Source: Pseudomonadota bacterium (lineage in GTDB: Bacteria; Campylobacterota; Campylobacteria; Campylobacterales; Sulfurimonadaceae). Taken from it: a stretch of 64,000 nt of DNA. The stretch spans positions 32,001 through 96,000 of the forward strand of contig JAZDQA010000009.1 of assembly GCA_043797085.1 (NCBI GenBank), given 5' to 3'. The notes beneath the pieces were generated by a model. That model searched no databases, was not told where the DNA came from, and worked only from the letters and a program-made list of their open reading frames with translations. The position numbers were made by a program, and so were the translations under genes. How positions within the stretch are numbered: position 1 is the stretch's first letter; each line of letters opens with the position of its first letter. Below are positions 31,219-41,111 of the stretch, one piece after another.

Positions 31219-34200
31219 TCACCCCCGCACAAACAACGCTTTAATCTCCTCATTCTCCATCGAAGCCAGACCTTTTTCACCCACGCTTACACTCATTTCA
31301 CCCATGGCAGTTTTTGCTTTGATCATTTTATCGATCTTCTCCTCAAAGCTGTTTTTGGTAATGAAGCGATAAACAAAAACATTATTCTTTTGTCCGATAC
31401 GAAACGCCCTGTCGGTAGCTTGATTTTCCACGGCGGGATTGAACCACAGATCATAGTGAATGACGTTGGCGGCTGACGTTAGGTTGAGCCCTACCCCTCC
31501 TGCTTTGAGGGAGAGAATCAGAACTTGTTTTTCGGGGTCGTTTTGAAACGATGAAACGATCTCTTCGCGTTGTTTACTGCTAAGCGATCCATCGAAAGTC
31601 AAGGGTTCCACAAAGAATTTCTCTTCAATAATCTGTGCTAAGATGTTCAGCATTTCTACGTATTGCGTAAAGATAAGAACTTTTTCTCCCTTGGCAATCA
31701 TAGGCTCCAGCAAGGTCAGAAGCAACTCGCTTTTTCCGCTCAGCGCTGCATCATAAGGAGAGGTTTTATCATAATTTCGGGGATGATTACAGATTTGTTT
31801 AAGCTCTGTAATGAGTTTAAAAATGAGTCCGGAACGGCTTTGCGGTTCATCTTGTGTTTCGAGATTTTTCATGGCACCATCGACGACACTTTGATACAGT
31901 GCCGCTTGTTCAGGAACCAGTGTCGCATACTCATCGATTACGATCTTATCGGGAAGATCATCGATGATACTTTTGTCCGTTTTTAGGCGACGAAGCATAA
32001 ATGGTGCGGTGATGCGTTTGAGATTATCGGCAGCATCTTGGCTTTGATCCATCTCGATGGGACGAACGTAAGTGTTTACAAAGGTGTTAAGTTCTCCCAA
32101 ATACCCCGGAAGAGCGAAGTCATAAATACTCCACAGTTCGGTAAGAGAATTTTCGACCGGTGTACCGCTGAGAGCGATACGGTATTTGGTGTTAAACGAT
32201 TTTAATGCGATGGCGGCTTGCGTTGTCGGGTTTTTAATCCGTTGCGCTTCATCGATGACCAAGGCTTCGATTTTATGAGAAGCAAAGACTTTTTCATCCC
32301 GTCTGAAAATATCATACGTCGTGACAATAATCGTCGTATCACCCAAAATACGCCCTGCCCCGTAATAAAGCGATACGCTAAAAGAGGGAGCAAATTTAGA
32401 AAGTTCGTTTTCCCAGTTGGGCAACAGCGACGTAGGGACAACGATGAGGGTTTTGCCCCTGATATGGCTGTGTTCATACAGATGCAGCAAGGTTGCAATG
32501 GTTTGAATCGTCTTTCCTAATCCCATATCATCCGCTAGAACCACCCCAAAACCGCTTAAGAGGTTCGAGACACACCATTGCACACCTCGTGTCTGATAAG
32601 GGCGCAGCGTTGCTTGTAGATTCTGTGAGATGCTTAACTCAGACGTGTGAAAGAGATTGGCAAAAAACGTTTCCAACTCCTCATCCAACAAAGCACTCCC
32701 CGCAAAGCGTTCTCTTAACATGTCAAATCGAGTCAGCTTGGGTGTTTTTTTGGCTTGCGCAAAGAGTGCTTTGAGTTCTTCAGGGGATATGCTGATATAA
32801 GAATCACGAAACAGCACCAGCTCACTTTGCTGATTCACCAGTTCTTGAAACTCCTCAAGAGAGATATGGGTATCACCGATGGCAATCGTCCAGTCGTATT
32901 CGAGCACTTTATCGAGAGTCAAAAAGCTCGTCGGTGTTTTTTTGGAGCGTATTCTTCTCGAAAGCCGTGGTTTAATAAGGTGCTGCAACTCACGCGGCAA
33001 CACGATCTTGACACCAAAAGATGCAAGCAGCGGAGAACTTTCCATAATAAACTGCTCAAATTCTTTTCCCTGAAGTTCAATCCTTTTTTGGGTGCTTAGA
33101 AATTCAATCTCATCTAAAAAACTGCGTATGGGAGAGAGAAGTTTTAAAAGCCCTGCCGAATTTTCTTCACAAAGAGCATCACATAAGAGCTGATCTTTGT
33201 GGGTTTCATGATCATAAACACTCATCGACAACGCATAGTTTTCTTCTTCATCCCCCCGATCGAGCGTCAGAGTAAGGGCATAACGACTAAAAGGGAGAGA
33301 AAAAATAGAAAAATAATTAGAAACAGCACGGTCTATATTATTTTTACCCCCCTCTTTTTGGACAAATGCCCTCCCTCTGAAAAAACTCTCGCTGATAGCA
33401 GGCGGATTCATAAAGCGGCGTTTATGCATAAAATTCATCTCATTGACGTAATCGCCCATTGCTTTGGCTAAAAAGAGGAGCGTCCCACTCTTGCCGTCAA
33501 AAAAAGGATCTTTTTTAGCAAATCGCACAAACGGCGTTGCGTGGCACGTGAGCATCTCAAGCTGCTTTGTCACAGACGAGGGTGTCAGCAATGGCATCCA
33601 GCCGATAAAGAAACGCGATTTCTGGTCATCTTTGAGTACGGTAGGGATAAATGCATTGGCATGAAGCAGCAAATACAACGTACGGCTAAGGGCGTGATAA
33701 TAACAGTACGATGCCTTCCCCTCTTCACTGCGAAACGAGAGAAAGAGTGTGACAAAACTCAGTAAGGATATTGTGCAGCCGCCCTTTTGATATTTGATCG
33801 CATAAGGGGCAAAAAGCAGGGATGTTTTTTCTTCTTGGCGAAAGAGCGGATGTTTGATATTCACATGTCCTTTATGCCAAAACTCATCCATATTGCATTC
33901 ACACTCGGCATCTTTAAAGAGGCGTTCGATAATCTCTATGTTCTCATCAAAGATGGGTGAGATGATTTGTGGTAGGGCTTTTGTGTGAGCTTTGTAAAAC
34001 TCTCTCATCACCTCTTTATAATCAACTGGAGCGAAAGACGGATGGGGCGTCAGAAGTGAATCGATTAGATTAAGTGCATTTTCATGGTGCAGTATCTCCA
34101 GCGGTTTATCACAGACGATCTCTTCCCATGGTTTCAGTGCAATCGGATAGGAATTATCCTCCTCATTAAATGCATCGATGGTACGTGAAAGGTCCAGTCC

Positions 34201-34716
34201 TCGCAGGGAAAACAACAACAGAGGATTACTGTCAATCTCCGCATTCAAAGCCAAAAGTGCCGCAAACGTATGCTTACAAGGTACCCCCCAATCTTCACAG
34301 TCGCATTGAGTGTCAAAATTATTGAGAGTTTTATGGTGGGGATCACTTAAATCAGGAGAACCTTTAATAAAAAGTTTGATCCCTTCCGTGTCACACCACT
34401 CCATGAATTCCTCCGGTAAAGTACCGTTAAGAAGCGCTGATTGTAAAAAAGAGTCTGAAACGACTTTGGTTTCTAATTGATTTTTGATTTCAGGGCTAAA
34501 GGGTTTAAAGTCCAGCTGTACATGATAAGTGCTTCGATACGACCCTTTAACCCCTGCACTTACTTCAGAGCCTTCGATTGCCAGTGACTTGACCCATCCC
34601 TTATTAAAGTATGTTTTTCCGCGTGTCAGTCTTGGATCAGATTCAAACAAAGATTCCAACTCTTCATAAAAATGTCCTCCCCATGTCGTAAGTCCGTATC
34701 GTTTTATTTTTGCCAT
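31219..34716 (-). CDS. SWIM zinc-finger / SNF2 helicase fusion
   Basis: CDCEDWGVPCKH (SWIM); LADDMGLGKT, DEAQ, SGTPVEN, GGVGLNL, QATDRAFRIGQ. Confidence 0.93.
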   Translation of the reverse strand: MAKIKRYGLTTWGGHFYEELESLFESDPRLTRGKTYFNKGWVKSLAIEGSEVSAGVKGSYRSTYHVQLDFKPFSPEIKNQLETKVVSDSFLQSALLNGTLPEEFMEWCDTEGIKLFIKGSPDLSDPHHKTLNNFDTQCDCEDWGVPCKHTFAALLALNAEIDSNPLLLFSLRGLDLSRTIDAFNEEDNSYPIALKPWEEIVCDKPLEILHHENALNLIDSLLTPHPSFAPVDYKEVMREFYKAHTKALPQIISPIFDENIEIIERLFKDAECECNMDEFWHKGHVNIKHPLFRQEEKTSLLFAPYAIKYQKGGCTISLLSFVTLFLSFRSEEGKASYCYYHALSRTLYLLLHANAFIPTVLKDDQKSRFFIGWMPLLTPSSVTKQLEMLTCHATPFVRFAKKDPFFDGKSGTLLFLAKAMGDYVNEMNFMHKRRFMNPPAISESFFRGRAFVQKEGGKNNIDRAVSNYFSIFSLPFSRYALTLTLDRGDEEENYALSMSVYDHETHKDQLLCDALCEENSAGLLKLLSPIRSFLDEIEFLSTQKRIELQGKEFEQFIMESSPLLASFGVKIVLPRELQHLIKPRLSRRIRSKKTPTSFLTLDKVLEYDWTIAIGDTHISLEEFQELVNQQSELVLFRDSYISISPEELKALFAQAKKTPKLTRFDMLRERFAGSALLDEELETFFANLFHTSELSISQNLQATLRPYQTRGVQWCVSNLLSGFGVVLADDMGLGKTIQTIATLLHLYEHSHIRGKTLIVVPTSLLPNWENELSKFAPSFSVSLYYGAGRILGDTTIIVTTYDIFRRDEKVFASHKIEALVIDEAQRIKNPTTQAAIALKSFNTKYRIALSGTPVENSLTELWSIYDFALPGYLGELNTFVNTYVRPIEMDQSQDAADNLKRITAPFMLRRLKTDKSIIDDLPDKIVIDEYATLVPEQAALYQSVVDGAMKNLETQDEPQSRSGLIFKLITELKQICNHPRNYDKTSPYDAALSGKSELLLTLLEPMIAKGEKVLIFTQYVEMLNILAQIIEEKFFVEPLTFDGSLSSKQREEIVSSFQNDPEKQVLILSLKAGGVGLNLTSAANVIHYDLWFNPAVENQATDRAFRIGQKNNVFVYRFITKNSFEEKIDKMIKAKTAMGEMSVSVGEKGLASMENEEIKALFVRG

Positions 34717-34720
34717 TAAA

Positions 34721-34978
34721 TTATTCTTTCAAAGATAGTTGATTGCTGCAAGACGAGTACCCTATTGTCTCCCAGATATGGCGGAGTTTTTGCGTGTAAT
34801 ATTGAAGTGCGGCATTGCGATTGAGTCGTTTGGGCTTGTCTTTGATGTGCAAAGTGGTTTTAAACTCTCCATTGACCATAGTAATACTGGCAATCTCATC
34901 ACAGATACATTCGCCCAATGTTCGCCCCTGAGGGGTTTCAATCCGTTGGTGTTTAGATAATTCCGCTCTCATGTCCAC
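34721..34978 (-). CDS. Hypothetical protein
   Basis: ORF ends 4 nt before the SNF2 start; no recognisable motif. Confidence 0.5.
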   Translation of the reverse strand: MDMRAELSKHQRIETPQGRTLGECICDEIASITMVNGEFKTTLHIKDKPKRLNRNAALQYYTQKLRHIWETIGYSSCSNQLSLKE

Positions 34979-35210
34979 TATTCCGCTTTAAACAAATTTC
35001 TCCACTATCATACTAAAAAAAGTACGGTAGCAGTAAAAAATTTAATAATTATTTTTATTTTTAGAAGTTCTCTCTTTATCCACCGCTCTCGCATGTGCCA
35101 CTAAGCCCGATTTTACGTTAAAAGTTTTCTTGAACGGGTAAATACTTTATTCTTACAAATAATGATAGTTAAACATAAAAAAAGTTTTTAGGGAGAAGTT
35201 TATGAAGAAA

Positions 35211-35286
35211 TGGTGGTCCCAACTGGACTCGAACCAGTGACCCCTACCTTGTCGAGGTAGTGCTCTACCAACTGAGCTATGAGACC
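35211..35286 (-). tRNA. tRNA-Val(GAC)
   Basis: 76-nt cloverleaf GGTCTCATAGCTCAGTTGGTAGAGCA CTACC-TCGACAA-GGTAG GGGTCACTGGTTCGAGTCCAGTTGGGACCACCA, with encoded CCA. Confidence 0.95.
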
Positions 35287-35343
35287 ATGTAACAATTAAG
35301 GTCGAAAGTATAATGAATAAGAAGTTAAATATGACTTAAGTGT

Positions 35344-35487
35344 CCAATATTACACATCAAATGAGCAAACCTATTTGATGACAAGGACTCCTCCGGCTAT
35401 ATTACACATATAGCCTTTGGTTTCAAAGCTAAAAAATTCAAGCAGTTGAATTTTTCTGACGCTTTTCACCTTTGCAATCCCCTAAAG
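35344..35487. repeat. Structured dispersed repeat family B, long copy
   Basis: Homologous ends with 16875-16949 plus three extra internal hairpins. Confidence 0.65.
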
Positions 35488-35925
35488 TTAGCAATATTTT
35501 GGTTTATAATTCAAAATCAGCAACCAGACAACAGCAATATCAATCATCACATCGGCCGCATTAAACACCGCAAAATTAAATCCGCAGTGCCAATAAACAT
35601 AATCAACCACTCCGCCGTAGATAAAACGATCCGCAACATTGGATAAACCGGCCCCCACCATTATTCCCACCGGAATAAGGTAACATTTTTGTTTTAGCCA
35701 AAGGGTATAGCCCACAACACCGGCCAAAAGAGCAAGCTGTATCCATTTTAGCGACTCTGCCAAAAAGGCAAACATCGAAAATGCAACTCCTTTGTTAAAG
35801 ACCAAAATCAAATCGATGCATTGCGTATAATAGCGAAAGCCCTCAACGAAAAGAGTCTTCAGCAATTGGTCGGCAACAAAAATTCCAAAAGCCACTGATA
35901 CCAAAAGAAGAAAAGCCTTAGGCAT
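35488..35925 (-). CDS. lspA: Lipoprotein signal peptidase II
   Basis: [26 protein letters not shown]. Confidence 0.95.
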   Translation of the reverse strand: MPKAFLLLVSVAFGIFVADQLLKTLFVEGFRYYTQCIDLILVFNKGVAFSMFAFLAESLKWIQLALLAGVVGYTLWLKQKCYLIPVGIMVGAGLSNVADRFIYGGVVDYVYWHCGFNFAVFNAADVMIDIAVVWLLILNYKPKYC

Positions 35926-37258
35926 TCAATGCCTTTTCAAAAAACTCCACCATTCTCTCTATCTCTTTTTCCATTACTTTGGCATCTTTGCCTTCCATTA
36001 GAATACGGAGCTTATTTTCAGTCCCCGAGTAACGGATAAGATGTCGTATATGCTTAGCTTCCACTGCGGCAAGTTCTTCATCAAGTCCCTTGATTTTATC
36101 CAGTGGCTTTTTCACTTTTACTTTAATATTGACTAGTTTTTGCGGATAGAGTTTAAACGGACGAAGTACCTTGCTCGCTTTTTGCCCTGAAGTAATCAAT
36201 AATGCCAAAATTTGAAGTGCACTCATTAATCCGTCGCCTGTTTTTGCGTAATCATGCATAATAATATGCCCGCTTTGCTCTCCGCCGAAATTGATTCCGT
36301 TTTCGCGCATCACTTCCAAAACATATTTGTCTCCGACATTGGAACGCAACAGCTTTAATCCGTTCTCCACCAAATTATCTTCCAATGCCTGATTGCTCAT
36401 AACCGTGGCGACAATACCGCCTCCTTTGAGGTCACCGTTTTGATTCAAAAATAAGGCCAAGGCTCCCAAAATCTGATCACCGTCAACATCATCACCTTTT
36501 TCATCAATAACAATAAGACGATCCGCATCACCATCCAATGCCAAACCAATATCCGCACGGTATTCTTTTACTGCATTACGGAGATCTTTGGTGTGCATTG
36601 CCCCACACCCTTCATTGATATTAAGTCCGTTAGGTTTATCGTGCAAAACAATGACTTCAGCCCCAAGCTCTTCGAGAACAGTCGGTCCTACTTTATATCC
36701 TGCACCATTCGCCGTATCCAAAACAATGCGTAAACCATGCAGTGTCAAATCACGTGAAAAAGAATTTTTAAGTTGAACGATATAACGCCCGACAACATCA
36801 TCAATCCGCTTTGCCGAACCGATTTCCCGTCCGGTCACTTGCGCTTCATATATGGCTTCAGTATTGTTGGCAATAGCTTCGATTTGCGCTTCAATATCTT
36901 CGGAAAGCTTATTTCCATGAGCATCAAAAAATTTAATTCCATTGTCTTCGTACGGATTGTGACTCGCTGAAATCATAATTCCTGCATCACAACGCATATT
37001 TTCGGTCAAAAAAGCGATAGCAGGCGTCGGCATTGGACCGATTTGGACCACATCGTATCCCACGGCTGTCAAACCGCTTACAATTGCATTTTCAATCATG
37101 TAACCGCTTCTGCGCGTGTCTTTACCCACTAAAATTTTTTTGGTTATAGCCTTGTCTTTGAAATATACTCCTGCTGCCATTGCAACGCGCATCGCCAATC
37201 CGGCACTCAAAAAAGAGCCTGCTTCGCCGCGTACACCATCAGTTCCAAACAATTTCAT
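35918..37258 (-). CDS. glmM: Phosphoglucosamine mutase
   Basis: [27 protein letters not shown]. Confidence 0.97.
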   Translation of the reverse strand: MKLFGTDGVRGEAGSFLSAGLAMRVAMAAGVYFKDKAITKKILVGKDTRRSGYMIENAIVSGLTAVGYDVVQIGPMPTPAIAFLTENMRCDAGIMISASHNPYEDNGIKFFDAHGNKLSEDIEAQIEAIANNTEAIYEAQVTGREIGSAKRIDDVVGRYIVQLKNSFSRDLTLHGLRIVLDTANGAGYKVGPTVLEELGAEVIVLHDKPNGLNINEGCGAMHTKDLRNAVKEYRADIGLALDGDADRLIVIDEKGDDVDGDQILGALALFLNQNGDLKGGGIVATVMSNQALEDNLVENGLKLLRSNVGDKYVLEVMRENGINFGGEQSGHIIMHDYAKTGDGLMSALQILALLITSGQKASKVLRPFKLYPQKLVNIKVKVKKPLDKIKGLDEELAAVEAKHIRHLIRYSGTENKLRILMEGKDAKVMEKEIERMVEFFEKALNA

Positions 37259-37352
37259 TGTAATTTCCCCCTACTGTATAAAATTTAACTTAATTTTAAT
37301 TATCTTTAAGGTAGTATTCTACCCTAAAAAAAATTCGACAAGGATAAATGCC

Positions 37353-37619
37353 ATGGCAAACCATAAGTCAGCATTGAAACGTATCCGTCAGACGGAAAAA
37401 CGCACTGAGCGTAACCGATTCTACCGTACGCGTGTAAAAAATATCGTTAAGGCCGTTCGTACTGCAGTTGATGCAGGGAACAAAGAAGAAGCGCAAGCAG
37501 CACTCGTTATTGCAAATGCAAACTTACACAAATACGTTAGCAAAGGTGTCTTGAAAAAAGAAACTGCTGCACGTAAAGTAAGCCGTCTTCACCTCGCTGT
37601 TAACAAAATCGCAGCATAA
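37353..37619 (+). CDS. rpsT: 30S ribosomal protein S20
   Basis: [13 protein letters not shown]...TAARKVSRL. Confidence 0.97.
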   Translation: MANHKSALKRIRQTEKRTERNRFYRTRVKNIVKAVRTAVDAGNKEEAQAALVIANANLHKYVSKGVLKKETAARKVSRLHLAVNKIAA

Positions 37620-37687
37620 GTTTTCCCCTTCGGGGCAAAATTTCTCCTTTTATATCTTTTTTAATGCCTTATTTATAGGAACCACTT

Positions 37688-38755
37688 ATGTTATCCGACA
37701 AACTCATCCCTTTTATTAACCGCTACAATGAACTCACAACACTTTTAAGTTCACCTGACATCGGAAACGACATCAAACGAATGACCGATCTTTCCAAAGA
37801 ACAATCCTCTATTGCTGCCATTTATACCAAAGCAACCGAATATAAAAAAGTATTGGAAGAGATTGAAGAGAACAAAGCTCTCGCTTTTGATGCAGAATTG
37901 GGTGAACTTGCAAAAGAAGAACTCAAAATATTAGAGCCTCGAGTGGGTGAGCTCGAAGAAGAGATCAAAAAACTTCTTATTCCGACCGATCCTAACGACA
38001 AGCGTAATATCTTTATTGAATTACGGGCTGGAACAGGCGGAGATGAAGCAGCGATTTTTGTCGGTGATTTATTTAATGCCTATGTTCGTTATGCGGATGT
38101 ACGCGGATGGAAAATCGAACTCATGAGCACCAGCCCCTCGGATGCCGGCGGATTTAAAGAAGTCATTGCGCTTATTAAAGGCGATCAAGTCTATTCACGC
38201 CTCAAACACGAAGCGGGTGTCCACCGTGTTCAGCGTGTCCCTGCTACGGAGTCTCAGGGACGTGTTCATACTTCAGCAATTACCGTTGCCGTTATGCCGG
38301 AAGTGGATGACGTAGAAGTTATCATTAATGAAAGTGACCTCAAGATCGACGTTATGCGCTCATCCGGCTGTGGCGGACAAAGTGTCAATACCACGGACTC
38401 TGCGGTACGGATTACCCACCTTCCAACAGGTATCGTCGTCAACAACCAAGATCAAAAATCGCAGCACAAAAATAAAGATAAAGCGATGCAAATTCTGAAA
38501 GCCCGTATTTATGATATGCAAATGCATGAAGCGAAAGAAAAAGAGATGAATGAGCGGAAAGATCAAGTGGGAACGGGTGACCGTAGTGGACGTATCCGTA
38601 CCTACAACTACCCTCAAAACCGCATCTCCGATCACCGTATTACGCTGACTCTTTATAGACTCGAAGAGATTATGCAAGGGGGATTGATGGACGATATTAT
38701 CGAGCCTTTGATCGCTGATATGCAATCGAAACTGATGGAGAGAAACGGGTTATAA
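37688..38755 (+). CDS. prfA: Peptide chain release factor 1
   Basis: PAT tripeptide, GGQ, RTYNYPQ. Confidence 0.97.
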   Translation: MLSDKLIPFINRYNELTTLLSSPDIGNDIKRMTDLSKEQSSIAAIYTKATEYKKVLEEIEENKALAFDAELGELAKEELKILEPRVGELEEEIKKLLIPTDPNDKRNIFIELRAGTGGDEAAIFVGDLFNAYVRYADVRGWKIELMSTSPSDAGGFKEVIALIKGDQVYSRLKHEAGVHRVQRVPATESQGRVHTSAITVAVMPEVDDVEVIINESDLKIDVMRSSGCGGQSVNTTDSAVRITHLPTGIVVNNQDQKSQHKNKDKAMQILKARIYDMQMHEAKEKEMNERKDQVGTGDRSGRIRTYNYPQNRISDHRITLTLYRLEEIMQGGLMDDIIEPLIADMQSKLMERNGL

Positions 38756-38757
38756 AC

Positions 38758-39507
38758 CTATTCTCTCCAAAATGTCTCAAATATTCCTCTTACTTCACCT
38801 TTAAAAGTAATCGTTCCCTCGTCTAATCCGAGATAAAGTGTTTCACCGCTTTTGGGATAGACACGAGCATTATCGGCGACAGAATTTTCAATCGAAGCAC
38901 GATAAAAACACGCAGCCATCCCCGTTCCGCACGCCAATGTTTCATCTTCTACTCCACGCTCATAGGTACGCACATGAATTGCCCCATTGCTTTCGATATG
39001 GGCTATATTGACATTTGCATTGTATTTGTGACGAAGGGTACGCGCCATTTCTATGTCAAAGTTTCCCATATCGGCATCAAAGGTGACGAGATGAGGAACA
39101 CCGGTGTCGATAAGCCACCATCGCATCTCATACTCAACAATCTCATCGTTAATGACAAAGGGAGGTGTTAAATCACTTTGAACCATATCATCCTCAACAC
39201 TTGCTTTTATCACTCCGGCACCGGTTAAAAATTCCATGTTAGCCTCTGCTAATCCAAAACGATAAGCATAGTGGGCACACGCACGGCTTCCGTTTCCGCA
39301 CATTGAGGCGGTGGAGCCGTCTGCATTGTAAAACTCCCATTCAAAATCATACGTTTCATGAGGAAGCAAAACGATCAATCCATCTGCACCGATTCCATTT
39401 TGACGGTCACAAAGAATCCGTGCAAGTCCGGAACGATCTGCTCCGTTAAGGGTGTGAAAAATGACAAAATCATTACCGCTTGCGCAGTATTTAGCGATTT
39501 GGAGCAT
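38758..39507 (-). CDS. dapF: Diaminopimelate epimerase
   Basis: GNDF, MCGNG, ERGVEDETLACGTG. Confidence 0.95.
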   Translation of the reverse strand: MLQIAKYCASGNDFVIFHTLNGADRSGLARILCDRQNGIGADGLIVLLPHETYDFEWEFYNADGSTASMCGNGSRACAHYAYRFGLAEANMEFLTGAGVIKASVEDDMVQSDLTPPFVINDEIVEYEMRWWLIDTGVPHLVTFDADMGNFDIEMARTLRHKYNANVNIAHIESNGAIHVRTYERGVEDETLACGTGMAACFYRASIENSVADNARVYPKSGETLYLGLDEGTITFKGEVRGIFETFWRE

Positions 39508-39534
39508 GGATGTCCTTGCAATAAAAGTAAGTGA

Positions 39535-40140
39535 TTATACCTTAGGGGCGGGGTAGAGTTCTTTAATTGCTTCAACAAACTGTTCACATTGTGCTTGAAG
39601 ATGTTTAAGATTAGAAGAATTATCGATTACCCACGTTGCACGAGATCGTTTGTCTTCGATGTCCATTTGGGTTTCGATACGGCGAAGCGATTCTTCTTGC
39701 GTGAAGCCGTTACGTTTCATAAATCGCTCTAATTGAAGTTCTTTGGGAGTGTAAACAACCACCGAATTTTTAATCGGATATGAGGAGGTTTCAAAAAAGA
39801 GAGGGATGTCGATAAGATAGGGATATTTTAGAAGGTCTTGTTTTTCACTTGCTTCTTCGATAGCAGCACGAATTTTCGGGTGCAAAAAAGCTTCGAGCTC
39901 TTTTTTTGCTTTTGGATCGGAAAAGATTATTTTTCCCAATTCGGGACGATTAACTTTATTCCCATGAACATACTGTTCTCCAAAATGTTCACGTATCCAA
40001 GAAGCATTTTCATCTAAAAGTCGGTGAGAAATAGCGTCTGCATCAATGATACGCAAACCATTAAGTCCCAAAAGAGAGGCAACGGTGCTTTTACCTGTTG
40101 CAATCCCTCCCGTTAATGCAATAGCGTATTGATACGCCAT
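39535..40140 (-). CDS. coaE: Dephospho-CoA kinase
   Basis: LTGGIATGKST, DIPLFFE. Confidence 0.95.
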   Translation of the reverse strand: MAYQYAIALTGGIATGKSTVASLLGLNGLRIIDADAISHRLLDENASWIREHFGEQYVHGNKVNRPELGKIIFSDPKAKKELEAFLHPKIRAAIEEASEKQDLLKYPYLIDIPLFFETSSYPIKNSVVVYTPKELQLERFMKRNGFTQEESLRRIETQMDIEDKRSRATWVIDNSSNLKHLQAQCEQFVEAIKELYPAPKV

Positions 40141-40694
40141 TAGTTACGGATAATGCCCAGGTAATTTTTACGAATGTACTGAGGCATTGCAAATACTCCT
40201 ATATGAACATCACAGTTATAAAACTGATGACCTTCGAGCAAATCACTGCGCTGTAAAATAATATCCGCGGTCGGATGGTACTCTTTTGAACAAATCAACA
40301 GCGTCGATCCGTCCCCCGCGTAATACGGCATAATAATTTTGAAATAATTTCCCAGAATTTGCATCAAACTCGTATTTGCTTCCACATTATCCAAAGAAGG
40401 ATGCTGCATAACGACTAATCCATCCTCTTTTAATATACGGTTGATATGTGCAATAACCGCGCTGTCATCGGTTGCCGTGTCCAATAAAAGTACATCAGCA
40501 CTTTTATCTTCCACATTGCGAAATGACTCAAGAAGATTTGCGCCATCAACGCTCATTACACTAGACTCACGATAACGATTAAGTTCGCCTATGAGTAATT
40601 CACGATTATCACTTGCAAGCAATACGGATCTTGGCAGTTTATGTGTGCACATAGCAACGTGCACCATCATTTCAGGATAAATAAATGTTTTCAT
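40140..40694 (-). CDS. Short spermidine synthase-like protein
   Basis: YPEMMVHVAMCTH...YNCDVHIGVFAMPQY SpeE-like ends; lacks the GGGDG motif. Confidence 0.65.
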   Translation of the reverse strand: MKTFIYPEMMVHVAMCTHKLPRSVLLASDNRELLIGELNRYRESSVMSVDGANLLESFRNVEDKSADVLLLDTATDDSAVIAHINRILKEDGLVVMQHPSLDNVEANTSLMQILGNYFKIIMPYYAGDGSTLLICSKEYHPTADIILQRSDLLEGHQFYNCDVHIGVFAMPQYIRKNYLGIIRN

Positions 40695-40851
40695 TGGCTT
40701 TAAACTCTTCAGGATTAATTTTGAGCGATTGTAACACGTAGAGATTAAACCTCATTGAAAGAGTCAATAAAGGGTTTATCTTACAGATGAAATCAAAACT
40801 ATATACACTATAATTCTATCAAATTTTTATTATAAGTCAGGAAATACAAAT

Positions 40852-41052
40852 ATGTGTGCAGAAAAAATACAACGCCTTTTAATGGCAATCGTTTTAACCC
40901 TTTCTATGGTGCTCTTTGCTCAAGGCTTTACCCTTTATGGGATGATCCTTCAAGGATTCGTCATTTTGATGATTTTGGTATGGGCATTCGCAGATTTTTG
41001 TCCGTCTTTATGGATATTTGGCAAGCTCTTTGGAAAGTGTCCTACTAAATAA
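40852..41052 (+). CDS. Small two-helix membrane protein (DUF2892/YgaP-like)
   Basis: Two hydrophobic segments, FCP motif. Confidence 0.6.
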   Translation: MCAEKIQRLLMAIVLTLSMVLFAQGFTLYGMILQGFVILMILVWAFADFCPSLWIFGKLFGKCPTK

Positions 41053-41072
41053 ACTTCTACTAACGTCCACTT

Positions 41073-41081
41073 TGCTATAAT
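41073..41081 (+). promoter_or_regulatory. Extended -10 promoter for purM
   Basis: TGCTATAAT 30 nt upstream of the ATG, with GGAG RBS in between. Confidence 0.55.
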
Positions 41082-41111
41082 TTCACCACTAAAACAGGTG
41101 GAGAATCTCAA

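Noticed and set aside
19400..35225. attL/attR duplication of the tRNA-Val 3' end
   Set aside because: No second copy of TGGTGGTCCCAAC seen, and no integrase.
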